This document shows positions 54,302 to 64,000 of a DNA stretch of 64,000 nucleotides, piece by piece. Positions within the stretch are counted from its first letter, which is position 1. Every line of letters starts with the position of its first letter. A model generated the notes under the pieces. It did no database searches. It saw only the letters and a program-made list of their open reading frames with translations, and was not told where the DNA came from. Source of the DNA: Paramecium tetraurelia (lineage: Eukaryota); contig CT867985.1 of assembly GCA_000165425.1 (NCBI GenBank), forward strand, positions 186,001-250,000, read 5' to 3'. Made by a program: the position numbers and the translations under genes.

Positions 54302-55411
54302 ATGAATATACTGTTTAAACCTTTAAAAATGGGAGATATGCTTCTACCTAACAGAATTTGTATGGCTGCTCTTACAAGGTAAAGATGTGATATCAACGAC
54401 TTAATCCCAAATGATTTAATGGTTAAGTACTACACTTTAAGAGCAGAAGCTGGATTCATGCTAACTGAATGTGTTCCGATTTCCGAAAGAAGTTTAGCAT
54501 TTCCAGGATAACCAGGAATATATACAAAGGAATAAACTTTAGGATGGAAAAAGGTTGTCGATAGTGTACATGCAAAAGGAGGGAGAATTATTGCATAGGT
54601 TTGGCATTCAGGAAGAGCCTGTCATTCATCATTTTAAAATGGATTACAAGTTTGGGCTCCTTCAGCTATTACCCCAAGAAGTAAAGTAAGAAGATCACAA
54701 TTTTTCCATGAAGTCCCTCATGAAATGACCATAGATGACATTAAATTAGTCATTTAACAATTTAAATAAGCTGCTATTAATTGCAAAGAAGCAGGATTTG
54801 ATGGAGTCTAATTACATTGTGGCACAGGGTACCTGATAGATCAATTTCTCAGGGATAGTGCCAACAAAAGGAATGATGAATATGGTGGGAGTATCTAAAA
54901 TAGAAGCAAATTTTGCTTAGAAGTCATTGATGAAATTATTAAGATCTATGGAAATGGCAGAGTTGGAGTCAAGATTTCTCCTGTTGCTAGAGTGAATGAC
55001 ATGTGTGATTCGGATCCACTATCACTATTTTCTTACTTGATCAAGGAGTTCGATGCAAGATAATTGGCCTTTATTGAATTACGGGATGATAATGATATTG
55101 CTAATTACTCTAATTATGGATACCCTGGGAGCAAGGAACAAATACCAGACTTATTTCAAGCCTTTAAACCCTTATTTAAGGGCGTGTTGATAGGCAATAT
55201 GGGCTATACTCCTGAAACAGCCATTAAAAATATCGAAGAAAACAGGTTTGATGCTGTCACTTTTGGAAAGTTATTTATATCTAATCCAGATCTGGTAACT
55301 AGAATTCAAAAGAACTATGAGTTAAATTACAAATGGGATGAAAGCACGTTTTATACCAAAGGAGAAAAAGGCTATCTAGATTATCCTTTATATGAAGAAG
55401 TTTAATAATGA
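54302..55411 (+). CDS. Old yellow enzyme / NADH:flavin oxidoreductase
   Basis: LFKPLKMG..NRICMAALTR, QVWHSGR, AGFDGVQLHCGTGYLIDQFL..NKRNDEYGGS, FGKLFISNPDL and GYLDYP. Apparently intronless. Confidence 0.95.
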
Positions 55412-55460
55412 ATTTGTAATTGATATCTATGTGTTGATAAATAGTAATAGTTTGTTAATT

Positions 55461-56421
55461 TCATTTCTAAAACATATTTCTTAACTTTTTTTATTATCGA
55501 CTTTTGAGATTAATGCTATTTTTTGATAAATAAATGCTCGAAATTATATCAGCTTATGATCCTAATTTGCTTTGTTGTACACTCTTTGTAGGCATAAGCA
55601 TTTGCATACTCTATTGCACACTCAGTTTTTTATAATTATACATGCTAATTTAAGTATTTAGATGCACATTTGATTGAGATTTTGATTAAATTTTTTTATA
55701 TTAATTGTTCTATTTTACTGGAGAATGACCATTTTCATTTAAGATAGCCTTTAATTTTCTACTCACTAACTCACTTTTTTTAATCAGCGGTTAATAATTT
55801 AACTTAGTAGTTGATAAACTTGATTGTTGTGTATATACTTTTGCTTATTTAATCTATTTAGCTTTAATTTGAGTTGGCTTAATTTTGTTTAACAACGATA
55901 TTAGAGACTTAGAAACTGAATCTTCCTATTTAGTTTCACCCATCTTCAGCATTTTTACAAAAGGTAGATCATTCTAATTATTCTTAGTGTGAACTAGCAT
56001 TCCTAATTGATACTTGATTTGAGTGTAATGGTATTCTCTAAATATAATAGATGATACTTTCGAATTTTATTGTATTAGTTTATGGCTTTAGATAGGGGAA
56101 GCATAAAAAAATGAGGAGTATCCAATCGATATTTATAATATTCGGTTAAATCTACCAATTTAGATCCTATTTGATTTGATTAATAATAGCTTCTGACAAA
56201 TGCTTCATCTTTGATTTCTTAGGCTTTCTCAAAAAAGTCAATCACCCATTTCTTATGAGAATGCTTTATCACATCATCGATTGGTTGGTCATCATTCTAA
56301 TTATACTTCAAATATAGAGCCTGATTTTATTTTCAAATGATATTACAGTTTTAAGAAGAAATGGGAAATTGATTTTGCCATCCGTTCTTTGCTTTTCACA
56401 AAACAAACAATTAATTTGCAT
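55461..56421 (-). CDS. Hypothetical protein
   Basis: Start MQINCLFCEK with a 26-nt intron. Core LTEYYKYRLDTPHFFM followed by a low-complexity tail. Confidence 0.7.
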
Positions 56422-56441
56422 TATATTTTAATTATTATTTA

Positions 56442-56722
56442 ATGAGACCTATTCCCTGGTTTGTTAGATTGGGCATTGATGTGTCCATATTCACAGTTCC
56501 TATCATATTATTAGCAAGTATTTTAGTCTTATGAACATCAAGGTTATCCAAGGTTGGGTACACATTTTCTTAACAATAGAAGAAGAAAGTATAGAAGAAG
56601 AAGTATGACTAAATCTTTGATAATTAGATTTCGATGAGATATAATACAGAAATGATAGCACCTTATCAAGTGAAGAAGTGATCAGCTTCAGATAGAGACT
56701 TGGATTTCAAGACTTAATTTGA
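56442..56722 (+). CDS. 76-aa single-TM microprotein
   Basis: Two 25-nt GTA..AG introns (56518-56542 and 56603-56627), each holding a TGA. The spliced length is 231 nt, or 77 codons. Confidence 0.8.
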
Positions 56723-58732
56723 AAGATGAAATACATATTAAATCAATATAATTCCTTTGAATAATGTAGTATAAGTATTAAAATGCCCAAATAATATTAT
56801 CATTTGCCTGCTAGTAAATCAAAAGATATATAAAATAAATTTACTTACAATAAATATCTGCAAACAAAGACATCAATTATATTACAAATTGAGATACTGT
56901 ATTATCAAAGCACATCAAATTTTAAATTGATATGAAATTACAGAATTTTAAATAAACATAGTATTTGCATTAGTAATTGTTTCTTGTTATAATTTAAATT
57001 AATATTAGTAATCAATTTTAGCAATTTCTTTGAATTATAAGAAGATTACCATTTCAGAATTCCTCATTTAGAAACTCCTATCTTAACAAGAGCACAATAA
57101 ATTCAAGTTAATAAAGTTAAATGAAGTAGGTAAGAGTTTAATATCATCAAAAAATTACATAAAAATATATTTCTCTCACCCTAAGTGTAAGGTTTTTCAA
57201 TTCATCTACGTCACCATACCTCAAAGACAATATAGCAATGAATTACTTATAATTTACAGAACATAAGGAAATGAATATGATGTTGAATAATCAATTAAAT
57301 AATGAGATCTGTATTAGATACTGAATCACAATTAATGAGCCAAACATTAGACTAAAGAGCTGTTTCAAAATTTCTATTGATGATGGGAGAATCAAAAAAT
57401 ATTGAAGTGGTAAGAAGTATAGCCATAACTAATCCAGGTTTCATTAAATTCTATTGTAAAATTAGCATTTTTGGATTTTCTATGAATTGGTATACAAGAG
57501 GAATTTCAACAATTTTAAGTTATCACTATTCTTCAGATGATGCTGAAATTGTTTTATATATGATTTTTTAGGAAGTAGCTAATTATTTACTCTCAATTAA
57601 TATTGAAATTTAACATCAAATAATAATCTATTTTGATAACACAGAAAAAATATTTAATATTTTTAAACCTTTCAATATGAATCTGATTTGATATTGATTT
57701 ATTTACTGAAATTATGCCCAAACTTATGATCATTCTAATATTATATTGATTATATTAGCCTCAATATTAGGAGGATCAGTACAAAATAAAAATTGATTCA
57801 TTCTATATTTATTTATACAATAAGTGTAATCATACGTTAATATTGTAGAAGAAAATTCATATTGAATCAAGAATAACGCTTATTCAACAGTAATCTTGAA
57901 AAATAAAGTCACCCATAAATCGAATTGATCAATTAAGGTTGTTCTTATGCTTCATAATAAAATTGGCAGATGAATTTTATATTGTTAAATGTCACTTATG
58001 CAGTTGAAAATTTGCAGACAGTATTTACAATTTCTACATGTAACAATCATTATATCAGTCTTATTTTAACTGGGAAAGATTTTTTGGAACATGGAAAGTT
58101 AAAGGCCATATTAAATACACACAAGATTCATATTGGAAAATATTTATGATAAAGAGATATAAAAAATAAATAAAAATTAATCAAACATCGAAAAAAAATC
58201 TTATTATTTATGAAGGAGAAACAGATAAATTAGAAAAAGGATTTTAAGGAAGGTGGTATATTCATAGCTTCCAAGAAGATCCAAATTGCAATGGAATTTG
58301 GTCTCTATGGATCTCGTAATTCAGTATTATAGTACTTTAAATTTTACCTATTTGTTTATTGTTATACCAAGAATAATTGATTTGATACTACATTATATTT
58401 ATCATTTTTGTAGTTTAATTAAACTAATTATTTTTGTACTGCTTTATTTACATTTTAATATTAAAATTACCTAATCGAATACCATAATAATCAAAATAAA
58501 ATCTTAGATTATTAATAGCAATTTTTTCATCCATCAACTTATCTTAGGCTTAGAAACTTAAGAGTATGAGATTAAATTGCTTCAAAACGTTGTAGTTGAT
58601 TTCATTATTCTTTAAAATAACGTAGTTTTAAATCACAATTTATAGTGTGCTTTATCTTCAATTATATAGATAAAGCAATTAATAAATTAATAAACTATGT
58701 ATTTAGAATAATTTATCATAATAGTAATAAAA

Positions 58733-59146
58733 TCAAAAATTTTTGACATTTATCTCCATTTCAATACCCTCAACTGGTAACTGAGTAATGATATCTTCGA
58801 TAACGAATTTGACATTGATTTTACAAGGAGTTGAAGGAGGAGTAATAGTGAATTTAACATACATACCTTCATCTTTAGACAATATTGAGAGAATTATTCT
58901 TATATTGATATTAGATGAGGCATATTCTGTTTTTATTTAATATGATACTTCCTTCTCTTTTAGGGATTAATATATAGCAATCTTCTATTAGTTGTAATGC
59001 CACTGCCAACTTGTAATGAATAATACTAGTTCTTTTAGATGAATTTTACCTTAATTGGAATGTGTTTCCAAGCTTCCAAAAAGAATTGCCACTCTTCTGA
59101 CACATTTCCTAATACAATAGGTTCATTGTCATCGACTTATGGGCAT
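58733..59146 (-). CDS. Short hypothetical ORF or gene remnant
   Basis: About 125 open codons ending EINVKNF-TGA. The 5' end is blocked by in-frame TGAs and I found no clean intron solution. Confidence 0.3.
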
Positions 59147-59303
59147 AATTACATTGGAAATAGATAATATAAAAAATAAATTATTAGTTTAGAAATTTAT
59201 GGATAGTTATTTTAATGTTCAGAATATATTAATAATTTTGAATATCAAGAAAAAGAGTAATTCTATTTTTAATATTGCATTTATAATATTTTTATAACAA
59301 CTA

Positions 59304-61848
59304 ATGATTAGATCTGAAGGTATGAGTCTTTATTAGTTGTTGATTCCCAGAGAATCATCCTATGATGTTATGAGTGAATTGGGTCAAATTGATAGTGTGA
59401 TGATAATCGACCATTAATAGCATTTATTATCTAAGCCATTTATCAATTAAGTCCAAAGGTAATTATATGTAGGATATGTAGATGCGATGAAATATTGAAC
59501 AAAGTAGAGTATCTACTCGATTAATTAAATCAGATAGGTTAAACAATAGATCATGTTTATGATTTCAAACTAATGCTATAGGAATTTGATGTATGAAAAT
59601 ATTAGTAATGTAGAGAGTCCTATCATTAAAGTAAATTCAAAAACATACATTTATAAATTAGATTGAAGAATACATAACTGGAAAATATTAATAAGTTCAA
59701 TAATAAATTGATACTCTATCTAGATTGAAATCTAAATTATAAAATACTAGAGAGGCTAAGTAGGCAATGATTTATGCAAGGGATTGGTTGGGAGGAGCTT
59801 ACTTCCATAGCAAATCAAGTACTGCTTTAGACTTTGATGAATAAATGATCAAATCCTATCATTAACATGGTGGTATGATGCCTTCTTAGAAGTTTACTCA
59901 TTTTGTTGGAGTCATGAACTCAAAAGATTATCAAATATTCCAAAGAACTGTGTTTCGGATAACTAAGGGGAACTTTATGGTCAATTAGACTCTGCTGTCT
60001 GTTTCAAGAAGCTGTTTTTTATTGATATTTCCTACTTTTTCATTGTAATCAGAGACCTGGAGAAAGATTAAGAAACTGTGTGATGTGTTGAAAGTAGACC
60101 ATATTTCATTACCATTGACAGAAGAATAATGGGACTAAAGATATTGCGATTACGATAAGGATATAGCTGAGATAGAAAACATGAATAAATTGACTCATTA
60201 ATTATTGCAATCCATTCTAAAGCCCTTATTGGAGGATGAAAATACCTAGCCATCATTACTCTTTATACGATTCTTTTTAGTAAGGGAAAGAACACTATAT
60301 GAAAATCTGAATAAAGTGAAAATGTAATAAAGCATCTTTTTGGCCAACCTATGGGTTAGAACAAGTGAAATTTAATTGTTGGAGAATATACTTTAAACTA
60401 TTAAATAGAAGAATCCTCATATACCTGCTCCGTAAATTAAAATAAATGAGATTGTCAATTAGCAGCCACCAACCTATTTTTAAACTAATCAATTTAACAA
60501 ATTATTTTAATTGATCACTGAGACATATGGAATTCCTGATTATAAGGAAATAAATCCATCAATGTTTTCCATAATTACCTTTCCATTTCTATTTGGAGTC
60601 ATGTTTGGAGATATTGGTCATGGGGCTGCCATTTTGATATTTGGAATACTGCTTTCAATGAATAAAGTGTTTTCACCCAGATCAGAGTAAAAGAAACTTA
60701 GAGAATAAAGAATTCAATTAGGATTGCAAATAAAGAGATAAGTAAACTCAAAAGATTTCAATGATGAAGATCTCAATGATTTTAATTTAACTTAGATTAT
60801 TTTCGATTTGAGATATATGTTGTTACTTTGTGGAGCATTTTCTCTTTATACTGGTTTCATTTACAATGAATACTTTGGACTTTCTTTAAATATATTTGGA
60901 TCATGCATGAATATATAAGATTGCACATACCCTTTTGGCCTTGATCCATAGTATGAAGATCTAAGCTTTAGAAATTCATATAAAATGAAATTGGCAATAA
61001 TAATTGGGTTTAGTCAAATGTTATTAGGAATACTATGTTCTGGGTTTAATTACTTGTATTTTAAAAAATGGATAAATCTTTTCATACTCTTCCCAGCACG
61101 ACTCCTATTTTTCACTTTATTTATTGGTTACATGGTAATGTTAATAATAATAAAATGGTCTACATTTTATGCAGATACATCATAAGCACCTAGTATAATT
61201 ACAACATTAGTTGATATGTGGATGCATGATGGATAAGTCACTTTAAAGACTTTCGAATCAGCAGATTATCAAAGTTAATTGCAAAAATTAATATTAGTTA
61301 TTTGCATATTGTGTTTACCCTTCCTTTTATTTGCTCCCATAATTGCTGATTCAATAGCAATGATAAAACAAAAAAAGAAAGAATCTGCAAGATTTGAAAT
61401 GATTCCTTAGAACATCAATAGCAATTTATCAAATGATGATTTCGTCTCTAAATAATCATAACATCAATCTTATATAGATATAATTGTTGAACATCTAATA
61501 GAAACTCTAGAATTCGTGCTCGGATGCATCAGTAATACTGCTAGTTACCTGAGATTATGGGCTTTATCTTTGGCTCATTCTGAATTAGCTAAAGTCCTAT
61601 TTGATTTAACATTGAAAGAGCCGATTGCAAATGCTGATTTATTAGCATCTTTGCTTGGAATGCCTGCTTTCCTATTGTCTACTTTCGGGATTCTATTATG
61701 CATGGATTCTATGGAATGTTTTTTACATGCTCTAAGATTACATTGGGTGGAATTTTAGAGTAAGTTTTATAAAGGCAATGGATATAATTTTGAAATATTT
61801 TCTTATAGAAAAGAGATGAAGAAATATTAAGATAAAATGAAAACTTGA
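59304..61848 (+). CDS. V-type ATPase V0 subunit a
   Basis: [66 protein letters not shown] and [11 protein letters not shown]. Confidence 0.97.
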
Positions 61849-62099
61849 GTAATGTTTGAATATCCTTTGTAAGTATTTTTTAATTATATCATGTTGTAAA
61901 CCTTATTATTAACTTAAAATATTTCATTCTCAAATATTGACCCAATTTAAAAATATAAACCTATTTATTTCTTTATTTTTATTTTATGTATTACTCGAGA
62001 AAAGCGGATAAGAAATCAACTTATAAGGTATGTATTAACGAATATTGATAATGTATATAAATATCAATCATAATATCTAAATAGAAAGTTTTAGATATT

Positions 62100-62519
62100 T
62101 CATTTATCGCAAGTCTTTTTGAGCTTATTCAATAAATGCTCTTTCATTGTTTTAACAGTATGAGATAATTAATCCAGAAAGAATTATATGGATTGACATT
62201 ACTCTACTCTCTTTAAAATGGCAATGAATTCATTTTTGCTCAGAAGTCCACTTTTTTATGATTTCCTTTTACGAATTTTCCTAATTGCTTTACAGATAAC
62301 AATTTCAGATTCTTTAGTGCCATAATAGTCGTGGTTGGAGAAGTTATAATCGAACAAACTTCCATTATTTGACAAGTTTTCAATAATAGATGGTTCAGGA
62401 CTATGCAATCCAAACAATGATAGGCGCATATTTTGGTCCGATTATAGTAGACTAGGGTGATCTTCTTTAGTATCGATTTCTTATTCGCACTAAGAGAAGA
62501 TAAAATCGTTGATCTCCAT
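62100..62519 (-). CDS. Hypothetical 139-aa protein with basic patch
   Basis: Clean 420-nt ATG-to-TGA frame containing KAIRKIRKRKSQK. Confidence 0.7.
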
Positions 62520-62567
62520 TTAGAATTATAATATATGTATCGAATATGATGAGCAATGTTATTTTAA

Positions 62568-63479
62568 TCAAAAAACGTTATATACGTCCGCAAAAATTTA
62601 ATAACTTTAATTCTCTGATTCATTTTATTCATCTATCCAACCAGTCGTGAAAAGGATCTTATTTATCAATTTTCCATAGTTTTCATTATTTACATTTTTT
62701 ATTAATACTTACTTCAAACCATACAATTCAAATAACTATAGAACATCCTTATTTTTGAGAGTATTAAATAAAAATGATATCATCTTCAGGTTGGCCTATA
62801 GCTTATAAATGATACTTTTACATAAGTGATTTTCTCACATAATAATTTTATCAAATTATTATTATCCACTCTCTCTTAACAAAATTCTTCAAGCTGTTCA
62901 ATTAAATTTGGATATTGCAAAATTAGCGATTCTATAAATTATAAAATACTGTATTCCTGATGTCTAACGAAAGCTCTGAGTAGCACAACGAAGGGCTAAG
63001 CATTATATTAGTACAATTACTTATGGCTCAATTATATTTGAATAATTTTATAATAAAAATATTATCTCTGCAAGCAAAGGTAAATATTCTGCATTTTCTT
63101 GTTGAGGATTCAAAAGCTGTTCTGTACAGAAGTTAAACACTTTATACATTTAATTCTAATAGGTATTATTTTTCTATATGTAAAATTTCATTGATTTTAA
63201 AATTTTGTAGGTCAATATTTGTCTTTTGCTTCCTCTGCCAATTTAAAACACTGCAAAGTAATCTGCACTTTCTTCAGAGATCTAATTGTGCTCTGAACAT
63301 GAGTCATTTTTCATATTATTAGCTTCCTATAGTTTCTCTATCTAATCACAGACAGCTTTTATTTTCATTGCTCTTTTGTATTTAAACCTTTTCTCCAACA
63401 TATCCCTTCTTAGTTTGCTCCTAAACATTTCTCTTTTTAGAGTAAGAATAGAAGAATTAGTGATCTAAGTGTTGTCCAT
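62568..63479 (-). CDS. Hypothetical protein
   Basis: Start MDNTQITNSSILTLKEKC. Needs several short introns, and the exon structure is not fully resolved. Confidence 0.55.
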
Positions 63480-63599
63480 ATTAATTTATATTTATAATTA
63501 TTAATATTCTCCAAATGAATAATTTAAGGCAAGTATTATTAATTATTTTACTAATACTTCCATGGCTGTAAATTAATATTTATTTCCACTCTCTAAAGA

Positions 63600-64000
63600 T
63601 TGATATTTCAAACACTAAAAATGATTCTAACTTCTAGGATATATTATAATATTTAGATAAATAACTAAATAAAGTTCAAACTCTGGAGCCTTTTTAGTGG
63701 ACTTAGGTTATGAGTTATTGTTTCACCTGTCCGAGAAAATCCTCCATACTGTCTATCATTTATTTTATCTATTGAAATTGTTGGATTTATTGAGCTGGAT
63801 TGCTTTGTTTGACTTAAGAAAAGAAGTCCCTTGCAGCATTTAAGATTGGATTGGAAGTGGTTTTTGGTTATTTTCTATACTTTTTAGTTTTTTTGTCTAT
63901 TTTTTTGGTGATCTTGAGGATTTTTTCGACAGAGTCTAATGGATTATTGAGTTCTTATTCTTCATCTATTGTGTCAGATTAAAACGGTAATGATTGTACT
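63600..64000 (-). CDS. 3' part of a Ser/Thr/Lys/Gln-rich low-complexity protein entering from beyond the window
   Basis: Open minus frame (..PKSTKKAPEFEL). The stop position is uncertain. Confidence 0.45.

Noticed and set aside
57302..57691. ISIFG...IIIYFDN resembling an IS630/Tc1 DDE transposase core
   Set aside because: There is no downstream SPxLNPIE-like motif and I saw no terminal inverted repeats, so the similarity is too weak without a profile search.
1..64000. Retained IESs, telomeric repeats, tRNA/rRNA, CRISPR or prokaryotic operons
   Set aside because: None were recognised. The frame interruptions I examined in intact genes are explained by GT..AG introns, and short TA-bounded IESs cannot be called reliably by eye.

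Overview
This is AT-rich, gene-dense eukaryotic DNA from a ciliate macronuclear genome, almost certainly Paramecium. TAA/TAG read as Gln, TGA is the only stop, introns are tiny (about 20-30 nt, GT..AG) and intergenic gaps are often under 50 nt. The supplied standard-code ORF track is therefore mostly fragments or antisense shadows, and I re-translated by hand with genetic code 6. About 30 protein-coding genes are supportable: a giant LRR protein (partial), TTL-family ligase, Kelch-like CaaX protein, Ser/Thr kinase, copine, CHL1/DDX11-like helicase (spanning a 150-N gap), a membrane protein with a degenerate His-kinase core, a TRAF-type RING protein, a ~3,000-aa Cys-rich/beta-helix/multipass surface protein, Rab GTPase, MORN protein, a DIxG/TNPLxPxY repeat protein, USP12/46-like protease, two-pore channel, CTD/NIF phosphatase, syntaxin, purple acid phosphatase, mitochondrial carrier, old yellow enzyme, a 76-aa spliced microprotein, V-ATPase a subunit and several hypotheticals. 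I saw no rRNA, tRNA, CRISPR array or intact transposon, and no clear multi-gene novel system. The best leads are single uncharacterised or variant proteins and several unusually long gaps that look like decaying genes. Coordinates are hand-derived and intron boundaries were not all resolved.
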